From: an uncultured Gammaproteobacteria bacterium
GTDB lineage: Bacteria; Pseudomonadota; Gammaproteobacteria; Arenicellales; JAANXG01
Assembly: GCA_947259875.1 (NCBI GenBank)
Contig: CAMYNX010000071.1
Coordinates: forward strand, 1-54,289
Length of the DNA: 54,289 bases
Direction of reading: 5' to 3'
The position numbers were made by a program, and so were the translations under genes. Below are positions 38,199 through 48,088 of this stretch, one piece after another. Position 1 is the first letter of the stretch, and each line of letters opens with the position of its first letter. The notes under the pieces are model-generated. The model had not been told where the DNA came from, ran no database searches, and saw nothing but the letters and a program-made list of their open reading frames with translations.

Positions 38199-40129
38199 CC
38201 GCGCTGAACCTTCGTTTTCGCAGCTTTCGTACCCGGGTACTGGTCTTTATCGTAGGCCTGCTTGTTGTCACGCAAGCGGGCGTTTTTGTTGTTGTTAACA
38301 CGGCCAATATCAACAACGCTCGGCGTGTTATCGACCAGGCCCTCGTAGTCGCAGCAAGCGTTTTCGAGCGCGAGATTGCTGACCGTCAACGGGAACTGCT
38401 GCTTGCCGCTAGATTGTTATCAAATGATTTCGCGTTTAAGGAAGCCTACGCGACCCACGACCATGCCACCGTTCTCTCGGCGCTCCAAAATCATCAAGAA
38501 CGTATCGGCGCGGATGTTATGATCTTGGTGTCCACGGACGGAAGGGTCATTGCGGATACCTTGAATCCGAGGGCCTCGGGCACCGTTTGCGCGTTCCCCC
38601 AATTGATCGACGAGGCTGAACATAGCGAATACGGGGAAGCTTCGGACATCGTGTTCGTCAATGACAGTCCCTACCAGATGGTTGTCGTGCCGTTGTATCT
38701 CCCGGAGCCAGACGCCTGGGTGTCGATCGGTTTCCGAATCGACAATACGTTTGTCGCCAATCTACAAAAGACCACGCTGTCGCATGTGTCATTGATACGA
38801 AGCGATTCCGGGACGCCTGGGAGCGTCTTTGCATCCACTCTGCCGTCGTCCTCAGGCGCCCATTTGCCCGACGCGCTCTCCAGCACATCCTGGGAGATCG
38901 GACAAAGCACCGAATTTGCATTAGACAACGAGACCTACGTATCTCTGGTAACCTCGCTAATTGATACGCCGGCGAACCAGGTAGTCGCCGTTTTGCAGCG
39001 ACCGCTCAAGGAGGCGCTGAAACCTTATCTCCGTTTGCGCGTTGTGCTGGCCGGACTGTTCGCAGTGGGCATAGCGCTATCTGTTATTGGGGCGGCATTG
39101 ATAGCCCGGACAGTGACGCGGCCGGTTCTCAAGCTTGCCGCCGGCGCGCGCCGCATTGCCGAGGGAGACTACAAGCAAACCGTTGAGCTAAGTCAACAAG
39201 ATGAAATCGGCGTCCTCGCCAACACGTTTAATCATATGGGGCGCGGTCTAGCGGAACGTGACCGGGTACGTGACCTACTTGGTAAAGTCGTATCCCCCGA
39301 AATCGCGGAGGAACTATTGGCCAAGGACATTGAGCTTGGAGGTGAGGAACGCGAAGTGAGCATCCTGTTCTCAGATGTTCGCGATTTTACGGGTCTGTGT
39401 GAAAATCGCTCGCCACAACAGATCCTTGAGTTGCTTAACGCCTACCTCACCAAGGTCAGCGCGGTCGTGGAAGCCAACGGCGGTGTTGTCGACAAGTATG
39501 TCGGTGACTGTATGATGGCGCTGTATGGTGTGCCACTGGAGCATGACGGCGATGCCGACCGGGCAGTGAACACGGCGCTCGGCATGTGTGAACAATTGAA
39601 AGGATTGAATGAAGATTTCGAAAGGCGTGGCTGGCCCCGTCTACGTATCGGTGTGGGTATCAACACCGCGCAAGTCGTGGTTGGAAATATGGGCTCGACG
39701 ACACGTATGAATTACACGGTCATCGGCGACGGCGTTAATCTCGCCTCGCGCCTTGAGTCGCTAAGCAAGAACTACGACGTCGCGATAGTTGTCAGTGCCG
39801 CCACCAAGGCCGCGGCACCGCGATTCGTTTATCGTGAGTTGGACTTGGTCCGGGTAATGGGGAAGACGAAGAAGGTCGCCATTTACCAGCCGCTCGGTCA
39901 CTGGAACAGATTGGGGGATGACGTAATGCTGGAGCTCGAAGATTATCATGCCGCGCTGTCCGCCTATCGCGCCCGGAAGTGGGATACAGCGCGCTCACGC
40001 TTCAGCAGCCTCTCGTCCAAAGCCCCCGCTTGTCTGCTTTACCAAGTCTACCTGAAACGACTGGAGCGGTTTTCCAGTGATCCGCCGGGTCCCGACTGGG
40101 ACGGTGTTTTCACCTATACCGAGAAATAA
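38153..40129 (+). CDS. Membrane class III adenylate cyclase (Cache-like sensor, HAMP, cyclase, C-terminal helical tail)
   Basis: Two TM, HAMP (DEIGVLANTFNHM), ILFSDVRDFT, DKYVGDC, YTVIGDGVNLASRLE, and terminal PGPDWDGV. Start may be near 38204. Confidence 0.9.
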   Translation: MARPAVIEQPEKRILAALNLRFRSFRTRVLVFIVGLLVVTQAGVFVVVNTANINNARRVIDQALVVAASVFEREIADRQRELLLAARLLSNDFAFKEAYATHDHATVLSALQNHQERIGADVMILVSTDGRVIADTLNPRASGTVCAFPQLIDEAEHSEYGEASDIVFVNDSPYQMVVVPLYLPEPDAWVSIGFRIDNTFVANLQKTTLSHVSLIRSDSGTPGSVFASTLPSSSGAHLPDALSSTSWEIGQSTEFALDNETYVSLVTSLIDTPANQVVAVLQRPLKEALKPYLRLRVVLAGLFAVGIALSVIGAALIARTVTRPVLKLAAGARRIAEGDYKQTVELSQQDEIGVLANTFNHMGRGLAERDRVRDLLGKVVSPEIAEELLAKDIELGGEEREVSILFSDVRDFTGLCENRSPQQILELLNAYLTKVSAVVEANGGVVDKYVGDCMMALYGVPLEHDGDADRAVNTALGMCEQLKGLNEDFERRGWPRLRIGVGINTAQVVVGNMGSTTRMNYTVIGDGVNLASRLESLSKNYDVAIVVSAATKAAAPRFVYRELDLVRVMGKTKKVAIYQPLGHWNRLGDDVMLELEDYHAALSAYRARKWDTARSRFSSLSSKAPACLLYQVYLKRLERFSSDPPGPDWDGVFTYTEK

Positions 40130-40137
40130 AGTCTGAA

Positions 40138-40171
40138 TTCTGAATTCTGGGGAATTCCCCGGAATTCAGAA
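40138..40171. terminator. Near-perfect 34-bp palindrome between convergent genes
   Basis: ttctgaattc-t-ggggaattcccc-g-gaattcagaa. Confidence 0.55.
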
Positions 40172-40172
40172 C

Positions 40173-42074
40173 CTAACCATCGGATGCAACTGTCGCCGCG
40201 TAATCGCTGTCAGCCGTCACCGTCGGGAATGTCACTGTAAAAAGCGCGCCGCCCTGTTCCTGGTTACTCGCTGTAATTGAGCCACCGAATTCATTGATGA
40301 TTTCTTGAGATATGGATAGCCCTAAGCCAAGTCCTGCACCCACCTCTTTGCTGGTGAAGAACGGATCGAACAATTTGCCCAGGTTTGCCTCGGGGATACC
40401 AGATCCGCTGTCCCCAATCCGAACACTTACCGAATCTCCAAGTGTCTGCATGGAGATCGTCAACTTGCATGTGCCGCAATCCTTCATCGCGTCTACTGCG
40501 TTTTTAATTATGTTGACGAACACTTGCTCCAAACGAATCGCATCTGCAAGTACAAAAACCTCCCGCTCCGGCATTGATTCAATGACGTCGATGTCCTCAT
40601 TATGGGTATGTTGTATCAGCATGAGCGCGTCATTGATGGTCTGATTGAGGGAGACCATGGAGATATTTTGCGTGGATTTTCGTGAAAAGGTCTTCAGTTG
40701 ACTAGTAAACCCCGCCATGCGATCCGTGAGTAATAGAACATTCGCCAGGTTTTCGGCAAGTTCATCGTAATGCTGATGTTTAAGTAACTGCTGTGCAGTA
40801 CCGACATAAGTTTGAATAGCGGTCAGCGGTTGATTGAGCTCATGGGTGATACCTGCAGACATTTGGCCTACAACGGCAAGTTTCGCCGACTGCAGGAGTT
40901 CTTCTTGTGCCTTACGTAGCTCTTGCTCTGTCTTTTCTTGTTGTTTGATCTTGTTATCCAATTGTTCATTGGTTTTCAAGAGTTCGACGGTGCGTTGCTT
41001 GACTTGAACCCCGAGGTCTTGTTGGGCATTCAGCAGAGTTTCTTCAATGTGCTTTTGGTGTTGCAGGCGTTGAGACAGATTGCGACGACGTTGTAAAATA
41101 TACAACAGCACGAGAAATATAGTAATCACCGACACGGTTGCGTAACCAATTGAATGTGCGACCCGTGCATCCACGCTCTTCGTATCCGCGAGCAAATGCA
41201 CCAACCACCTGTGACTGGACATCTCTCGACTCTGCGTCAGATAAGTTATCTCCTTCTGCGATACACCATTGATAGACTCCCGAAACGTCAACAGGCTTAC
41301 ACCGTTGTCGTATAGTTGTTCGTTGATAACGGGCAAAGGTGACATAACGGCGTCAGAATACTGACGACTCTGCTTAATTTGCTGCAGCACCTCGTCGGTG
41401 AGGGGGGACAACGTCTTGAACTTCCAACCGGGGTTATTGGTGATGAATACGACGCCGTTGTAGTCCGTCACGATTACCTTCTCCGGCGCACTTTGCCACG
41501 CAGCCTCGACACTTTCAGGGCTGACTTTGACGACTGCGGTACCCAATATCTCATTGTGCGACTTTACCGGTGAGGCGTAATAGTAGCCGCGCTTTTTCGA
41601 CGTTGTCCCCAGCGCGTAATAGCGGCCGACCTCGCCGCGCATTGTCGCCTGAAAGTAAGGTCTGAAACTGAAGTTCTGTCCCACAAACGGTGTCTGCGAG
41701 TTCCAGTTACTCGCTACCAGCGTCAGTCCGTCCTTATTTATTACATACGTGTCGGATGCTCCCGCAATCTTATTCACGTTCTCCAAATACTTGTTGACCA
41801 AATCAATGTGTGCAGCATCTGAAGGATCTCGCAGCAAGCGAATGATTCTTTCATCCTTGGCTAGAATCTGGGGAAGAAATTCGTATTTCTCCAGTTCACT
41901 AGTAAGGTTGGATATGAATAAAGTTAATTTATTTGCGCTTGCGTGTCGCATCTCTTCGATAGCAGCCGTGCGCGTTAACACGGTGGTCTGCCATAAAACC
42001 ACGAACAGAATGATCACAAAGACCAGTGCGACCAGCAGTTGTCGCTTTTGCAGATTTACCGAAAACTTGGTCAT
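40173..42074 (-). CDS. dctB: C4-dicarboxylate sensor histidine kinase
   Basis: ASNW..FVGQNFSFRPYF, GTTSKKRGYY, THELNQPL, RLEQVFVNIIKNA, FDPFFTSK, GLGLGLSIS. Confidence 0.92.
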   Translation of the reverse strand: MTKFSVNLQKRQLLVALVFVIILFVVLWQTTVLTRTAAIEEMRHASANKLTLFISNLTSELEKYEFLPQILAKDERIIRLLRDPSDAAHIDLVNKYLENVNKIAGASDTYVINKDGLTLVASNWNSQTPFVGQNFSFRPYFQATMRGEVGRYYALGTTSKKRGYYYASPVKSHNEILGTAVVKVSPESVEAAWQSAPEKVIVTDYNGVVFITNNPGWKFKTLSPLTDEVLQQIKQSRQYSDAVMSPLPVINEQLYDNGVSLLTFRESINGVSQKEITYLTQSREMSSHRWLVHLLADTKSVDARVAHSIGYATVSVITIFLVLLYILQRRRNLSQRLQHQKHIEETLLNAQQDLGVQVKQRTVELLKTNEQLDNKIKQQEKTEQELRKAQEELLQSAKLAVVGQMSAGITHELNQPLTAIQTYVGTAQQLLKHQHYDELAENLANVLLLTDRMAGFTSQLKTFSRKSTQNISMVSLNQTINDALMLIQHTHNEDIDVIESMPEREVFVLADAIRLEQVFVNIIKNAVDAMKDCGTCKLTISMQTLGDSVSVRIGDSGSGIPEANLGKLFDPFFTSKEVGAGLGLGLSISQEIINEFGGSITASNQEQGGALFTVTFPTVTADSDYAATVASDG

Positions 42075-42309
42075 CTCTCGATGCGGTCCGCGATATCACG
42101 GTCCAGTTCGTTTATTGGGCGCCCGATGATCAACGGGTTCCGAGCGCATATGCCAACATTTCGCAGGCACGATCAAGAGTGAATGCGTTTTAGCGTTTGA
42201 TATGCCCGATTGAAATAATTGATTTCGACTGGAAAGTCTATACCCTTTGGTGCACCGAAGAAACGCCGCTCGCTGAGTAAGAAAGCCCGAATAACACGTT
42301 AAAGCGCTG

Positions 42310-43689
42310 CTATTGGTAATCCTTGCGATTTAATTCGTATTTACGCAGCTTGTCTTCAAAGGTCTTACGCGGCAAACCAAGCGCCGTGTATGCGGCCCGC
42401 GCGTCACCCTTGTGTTGTACCAGTTGCTGTTCGATGATCCGTCTTTCATAACAAGAGACCATCTCGGTAAGGGTCAGTGGGTAGCCGTTGCTGGCGTTTT
42501 GCGACAGGTTTGTGAGGCCCGATAAGTCGTTAAAACAACCGAGTACGTAACGATCCGCGGTATTTTGCAGCTCCCTAACATTGCCTGGCCAATCATGCGC
42601 CATCAATTCCGCAATTACCTCCGGCCCTGGCGCCGGGCGAGCACAATCATATCGGCGTGCGGCCTTATCGAGAAAATACTGAAACAATATCGGAATATCA
42701 TCGCGCCGCTCCCTTAGCGGCGACAGGTTGAGCTGAATAACCGCGAGCCGGTAATAAAGGTCTTCGCGGAACTCGCCGCGAGTATTGGCCTCTCGTAGAT
42801 CGATTTTGGTAGCGGCAATGACGCGAACGTCTACCGGAAGGGTCTTGGATGATCCCAGCCGTTCAATCGTTCGCTCCTGCAACACACGCAGCAGCTTAAC
42901 ACTGAGGGCCTGAGGCATGCTCTCGATCTCGTCGAGAAAGATGGTGCCTTTGTTGGCATATTCAAACTTACCGAGCTGTCGCGAATTGGCGCCGGTGAAT
43001 GCGCCAGGTTCATGACCGAACAATTCATTCTCAATAATGTTTTCGGGTATGGCGCCACAATTAACGGCTACGAAGGGTTTGTCCCGGCGCTGGCTTTGCT
43101 TATGTAAGGTATGTGCTACCAGCTCTTTTCCTGTCCCTGTCTCCCCATATATAAGCACATCAGCGTCAACGCCCGCGATCTTGGCCACTTGTGTGCGCAC
43201 AAACTCAATCTGTGGCGAGTTGCCAATAATATTGAACTGACTGAGCTGGGCACGCAGTTCGTTACGTAACGCCCGATTTTCGAGTATCAACAGGCGTTTC
43301 TCGATCGAACGTTTCGCGACCTCCACGAGTCGATCGGCACCGAAGGGCTTTTCAATAAAATCGTAGGCGCCGTCACGTATAGCCTGCACCGCCATTGAGA
43401 TATCACCGTGGCCGGTAATTAAGACCACCGGCAAATCGCGGTCGATTGCCAAAGCCCGGTTCATTAACTCGAGACCACTCGCTCCGGGTAGTTTGACGTC
43501 GGTTATCAGCACCCCTGGCCAGGCTTCGGACAGCAGCTGCTGTGACGACTCTGCAGATTCGAAGCAGTGCACTTCAAAGCCCGCCATCTTCAGTGCTTGT
43601 TCCCCCGCACGACGTATGTGCATTTCGTCATCGACGAATATGATGCTTCCCTGAATGGTGCCGGGCACAGTAAGCTGTTCACTCATCAT
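42310..43689 (-). CDS. dctD: Sigma54-dependent response regulator
   Basis: Receiver (FVDDE, ITDV, TGHGD), AAA+ (GETGTGKE, GAFTGA, FLDEIE, WPGNVREL) and HTH. Likely start MMSEQL at 43689. Confidence 0.92.
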   Translation of the reverse strand: MMSEQLTVPGTIQGSIIFVDDEMHIRRAGEQALKMAGFEVHCFESAESSQQLLSEAWPGVLITDVKLPGASGLELMNRALAIDRDLPVVLITGHGDISMAVQAIRDGAYDFIEKPFGADRLVEVAKRSIEKRLLILENRALRNELRAQLSQFNIIGNSPQIEFVRTQVAKIAGVDADVLIYGETGTGKELVAHTLHKQSQRRDKPFVAVNCGAIPENIIENELFGHEPGAFTGANSRQLGKFEYANKGTIFLDEIESMPQALSVKLLRVLQERTIERLGSSKTLPVDVRVIAATKIDLREANTRGEFREDLYYRLAVIQLNLSPLRERRDDIPILFQYFLDKAARRYDCARPAPGPEVIAELMAHDWPGNVRELQNTADRYVLGCFNDLSGLTNLSQNASNGYPLTLTEMVSCYERRIIEQQLVQHKGDARAAYTALGLPRKTFEDKLRKYELNRKDYQ

Positions 43690-43979
43690 GGACTCTTTTG
43701 CATGCCAGTTTTTTTTAATCTTTAGGATTTTCGATCCGCACGTCTGCGAGGAATCTCCACTTCTTCGTACGTTGCGAACATCAACTAGCAAGATTCTTAC
43801 CAGAGACGGTCACGATTGCTTCGGGAGTGAGTCCAACGCGCGCAGCAATTCCGCCCGCGCTCCGTTTCGAGTTTTGGTTACAGCGATTTGTGAGGTGACA
43901 AACGGCACCGAAATGCTTGGTTCGGACCCCCGGTATCCCCGCAGTCTGGCTCCCGTTTCGCTTCAATGAACCCCTATTA

Positions 43980-44027
43980 TGGGCGAAATATCGCCACATC
44001 ACATCACAAATGGGCGAATTTTCGCCC
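43980..44027. promoter_or_regulatory. Two dyad upstream activator sites, probably for DctD
   Basis: gggcgaaatatcgcca (43981-43996) and gggcgaattttcgccc (44012-44027), 31 bp apart and about 100 bp upstream of the sigma54 promoter. Confidence 0.7.
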
Positions 44028-44126
44028 TAATCGCGGGTCCCGGGGCTTGCCGCCTTACCGCTGGAAACGGTTAAGACTCAAGTTGGATTGGGATACCGCG
44101 GCTAACGGGCCCGGCGGCCAAGGACC

Positions 44127-44142
44127 TGGCCTTCTTTTTGCA
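44127..44142 (+). promoter_or_regulatory. Sigma54 (-24/-12) promoter of the dct TRAP operon
   Basis: TGGC-CTTCTTT-TTGCA with exact GG-N10-GC spacing. Confidence 0.8.
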
Positions 44143-44242
44143 TACTATTGCGCAACAGAGGTGAAGGACTGGCCCTGATCCGGGATCGCTTGTTCTAATA
44201 CCCATATAGCAATCATTTATAAGTTTTAGGAGGATAAATCGA

Positions 44243-45210
44243 ATGCGATTTCTAGTTAGCGCTCTCAGCTTATTTATATTCATGTTGTCCGCACCGGCGG
44301 CGAACGCGGCCCCGATCAAGATCAAGTTCTCGCACGTGGTGGCGGTGAACACGCCCAAGGGCCAGATGGCGGAAAAATTCAAGGCCCTGGTCGGAAGGTC
44401 GAAGTTGACGTGTTTCCCAATGCCCAACTGTTTGGCGACAACAAGGTGCTCGAGGCCCTGCTGCTGGGCGACGTCCACCTGGCGGCGCCATCTTTGTCGA
44501 AGTTTCAAAAATACACCAAGAGTCTGCAGATCTTTGACTTGCCCTTCTTGTTCAACGATATCGGCGCCGTGGACAAATTCATGGCCACCGACGCCGGCAT
44601 GAAATTACTCCGCGCCACCGAGAAAAAGGGGCTAATAGGCCTAGGCTTTCTCCACAATGGGATGAAGCAATTGTCGGCCAGCTCCCCGCTTACGGTGCCG
44701 GAAGACATTGCCGGCATGAAATTCCGCATCATGACCTCGGATGTGCTCGTTGCCCAGTTTCAGGCGGTAAAGGCGTCCCCGCAGAAAAAGCCGTTCTCGG
44801 AGGTATTCACCTTATTGCAGACCAAGGCCATCGACGGTCAGGAGAACACCTGGTCCAACATCTTCTCGAAGAAATTCTTCGAAGTCCAAGAACACATCAC
44901 CCACTCGGATCACGGTTACCTGGGGTACATGGTGGTCACCTCGTCGGAGTTCTGGAACGACTTGCCCGGTGATATTCGCGGTGAAGTCGAGAAGGCCCTG
45001 GCAGAGGCCATCACCTTTGGCAACCAGGTCGCCAACGAAAAGGCAATTAGTGACAAGAAGGCGATCATGGATTCCGGCCGCAGCAAGATCATAGAGTTGA
45101 CCGCAGACCAGCGTGGTCAGTGGGTCGAGGCGATGAAGCCCGTATGGAAGAAGTTCGAAGGCGACATCGGCAAGGACTTGATCGACGCGGCGCTGGCGGC
45201 AAATAAGTAA
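44243..45210 (+). pseudogene. dctP: TRAP C4-dicarboxylate binding protein, frameshifted by a small deletion near 44393
   Basis: IKFSHVVAVNTPKGQMAEKFKALV in one frame, then KVEVDVFPNAQLFGD...DGQENTWSNI in another. About 5-6 codons are missing compared with the paralogue at 47029. Confidence 0.88.
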
Positions 45211-45264
45211 CGACGCGCAGCCATATAGCCAACCAACGTCAAACGTTAACAGGCGTCGGCCATC

Positions 45265-45631
45265 ATGATCAGTCGCATCCTCAACCAGATCGAGGAGGGC
45301 GTTATCGCCCTCCTGCTGGTCGGGATGACCCTACTGGTGTTCATTGAGGTCTTCGACCGCTTCGTACTCGGTCAGGGCATTCTATGGATGGAGGAACTGA
45401 CGCTACATCTGTCCGCGTGGATGGTGCTGTTCGGCACTTCGTGGGTGCTCAAGCAAGGCATGGACCGCCCACTCGATACTGGTCCTCGGTATGGCGCTGC
45501 TCGCGTTTCGATTGCTACAACTGTTGTGGCGCATCATCAAAGGCGAGGAAACAGGCTTCCGCCACGCCGACGAAGCCGAAGAGGCCCTGGAAGAACTCGG
45601 CAAGGAACAGCAGGGGGAGACTAAAGGGTGA
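45265..45631 (+). pseudogene. dctQ: TRAP small permease with internal deletion near 45460
   Basis: N-terminus (EEGVIALLL...WMEELTLHLSAWMVLFG) is fused out of frame to the C-terminus WTAHSILVLGMALLAFRL...GFRHADEAEEAL. The central TMs are missing. Confidence 0.85.
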
Positions 45632-47028
45632 CCACTGCGGCACTATTCATTCTGCTTTTCGCCTGCATGTTTATCGGCGTGCCGGTATCGATTGCACTCG
45701 GCCTATCCAGCGTGGCAACGATACTGTTGTTCTCCGATGACTCGCTGGCGTCCGTAGCGCTCAAGTTCTTCGAGAATGTGTCCGAGCACTACACGCTGCT
45801 CGCCATTCCTTTCTTTATTCTTTCTTCCGCATTCCTGTCGGGCGGCGGTGTCGCCAGACGCCTGATCCGTTTCGCCATCGATGCCGTCGGCCATATCCGC
45901 GGCGGCCTGGCGATGGCCTCGGTACTCGCCTGCATGTTGTTTGCCGCGGTATCCGGGTCGTCACCGGCCACGGTGGCGGCCATCGGTAGTATCGTTATAG
46001 TCGGCATGGTGAAGGCCGGCTACCCGAAGGAATTCGGCGCCGGCGTCATCTGCAATGCGGGCACCCTGGGGATCTTGATCCCACCCTCTATCGTCATGCT
46101 CGTCTACTCCGCGGCCACCGAGGTGTCGGCAGCGCGTATGTTCATGGCCGGTTTTATTCCCGGCATCGGCATGGGTCTGTTGCTGATGGTCGCCATCTAT
46201 GTCGTCGCCTGTATCAAGGGGCTGCCCGCCCAACCGCGGGCCTCGTTTCGCGAATTGGTGCTCAGCGGATTCTCCGCCTCGGGCGGGTTGTTTTTGATCG
46301 TGATTGTGCTCGGTGCGATATACGGTGGCATCGCCAGCCCCACCGAAGCGGCCGCCGTGTCCGCGGTCTATGCGTTTATGGTGGCGTGTCTCGGTTACCG
46401 CGACATCGGTCCGATGAAAGACATCCCATGGCGCAAAGACGGAGAAGGAATCGGCGGTATCGTGGCCAGAAATACCGGTCAGGTATTGTGGGCGCTACCA
46501 AAATGCGTGTTCGACAAAGAAGTCCGGCATACGATCATGGACGCGGCCAAGGTCAGCATCATGTTGCTGTTTATCATCGCCAACGCAATGCTGTTCGCGC
46601 ATGTGCTGACCACCGAGCGGATTCCCCATGCCATCGCTGAGACCATCGTTAACTGGGGCTTGCCGGCATGGGGCTTTTTGATTGTCGTCAACCTGCTGTT
46701 GCTCGCCGCCGGTAACTTCATGGAACCCTCGGCCATCATCCTGATCATGGCGCCAATCCTGTTCCCGATCGCGACCCAGCTCGGCATCGACCCCATCCAT
46801 CTCGGCATAATCATGGTCGTCAACATGGAGATCGGGATGATCACACCCCCGGTGGGACTCAACCTGTTCGTGACCGCCGGGATCACCGGCGAGAACCTGC
46901 AGTGGGCAATTAAGGCCGCGCTGCCGTGGCTCTCCTTGTTGTTGGTGTTCTTGATCTTCATCACCTACATCCCGCAGATATCGTTGTTCCTGCCCGAGTA
47001 CATCGACTATCTGAAAGGTTACAAGTAA
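45628..47028 (+). CDS. dctM: TRAP large permease
   Basis: LLAIPFFIL, SGSSPATVAAIG, GTLGILIPPSI, PTEAAAV, GMITPPVGLNLFV. Confidence 0.95.
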   Translation: MTTAALFILLFACMFIGVPVSIALGLSSVATILLFSDDSLASVALKFFENVSEHYTLLAIPFFILSSAFLSGGGVARRLIRFAIDAVGHIRGGLAMASVLACMLFAAVSGSSPATVAAIGSIVIVGMVKAGYPKEFGAGVICNAGTLGILIPPSIVMLVYSAATEVSAARMFMAGFIPGIGMGLLLMVAIYVVACIKGLPAQPRASFRELVLSGFSASGGLFLIVIVLGAIYGGIASPTEAAAVSAVYAFMVACLGYRDIGPMKDIPWRKDGEGIGGIVARNTGQVLWALPKCVFDKEVRHTIMDAAKVSIMLLFIIANAMLFAHVLTTERIPHAIAETIVNWGLPAWGFLIVVNLLLLAAGNFMEPSAIILIMAPILFPIATQLGIDPIHLGIIMVVNMEIGMITPPVGLNLFVTAGITGENLQWAIKAALPWLSLLLVFLIFITYIPQISLFLPEYIDYLKGYK

Positions 47029-48051
47029 ATGCGAACCCAGTGGTCTTTGGTTAGGCTGAGTTGGCGCATGCGCTTGACGGTCCTGATAGGCGTGTTGATT
47101 TTGCATGCGGTCAACGCCCACGCCGCTGAACCCATCTTGATCCGATTTTCTCATGTCACCAGCGAGGCCACCCCCAAGGGACACGGCGCGTTGTTGTTCA
47201 AGAAACTGGCGGAAGAACGGCTGGCCGGGAAAGTGCGCGTCGAGATCTATCCGCGCGCATTAAAATTCAACGATGTTCAGGCGCTGCTCGCCCTGCTGTT
47301 CGGGGACATAGAACTCGCGGCACCGTCATTTGCCAAATTCCGCAGTTTTTCGCGACAGATACAGGTCTTTGACCTGCCGTTCTTGTTTTCGGATGTCGAC
47401 GCGGTGAACCGATTCCAGCGCGGCGAGGCCGGCGTCAAGCTGCTCGATTCCATGCTGTCTCACGGCATCAAGGGACTGGCTTACTGGAATAATGGCATGC
47501 GCGTGATGTCCGCAAACCGTCCGTTGCGGACACCTCAAGACTTCAAACGCCTGCGGTTTCGTATCGAGCCCTCGGCGGTGATGCAGGCCCAGTACCGGGC
47601 CTTGGGAGCGGCGACCGTGCCGATGCCGTTCAAGCAGGTCAGAGAGGGCTTGAAAATGGGCTTGGTGACCGGGCAGGAGAACGCATGGTCCAATATACAC
47701 TCCAAGGGCTTTCATGACTTTCAGACGTACTTCACCGAAGCGCGGCATTCATTTCTCGGCTACATGTTGGTCACCAATGCAGATTTTTGGACCAACCTGC
47801 CTGCGGAAATCCGCGGCGAATTAGACAAGATCATTCAGGAAGTGACTGTCGAGGTAAACAAGAACGCCCGCGAGAAAGCCAAGTCCGACCGTCAGCGTGT
47901 GATTGATTCTAAAAAGGCGGAGGTGATCACCTTGACCGACCCCGAACTCGCGGAGTGGCGCACGTTGCTCACACCGATATGGAAGCAATTCGAGGCGCAG
48001 ATCGGAATAGAGATCATAGAGCAGGCGATACAAGCCAACCAGCCTCGCTAA
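47029..48051 (+). CDS. dctP: Second TRAP substrate-binding protein
   Basis: IRFSHV...TPKG, FDLPFLF, FRI, GQENAWSNI. Signal peptide; start may be 47068. Confidence 0.9.
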   Translation: MRTQWSLVRLSWRMRLTVLIGVLILHAVNAHAAEPILIRFSHVTSEATPKGHGALLFKKLAEERLAGKVRVEIYPRALKFNDVQALLALLFGDIELAAPSFAKFRSFSRQIQVFDLPFLFSDVDAVNRFQRGEAGVKLLDSMLSHGIKGLAYWNNGMRVMSANRPLRTPQDFKRLRFRIEPSAVMQAQYRALGAATVPMPFKQVREGLKMGLVTGQENAWSNIHSKGFHDFQTYFTEARHSFLGYMLVTNADFWTNLPAEIRGELDKIIQEVTVEVNKNAREKAKSDRQRVIDSKKAEVITLTDPELAEWRTLLTPIWKQFEAQIGIEIIEQAIQANQPR

Positions 48052-48088
48052 GACAACACCTCACGATCTGTGAGGGTGGACACGTAAG

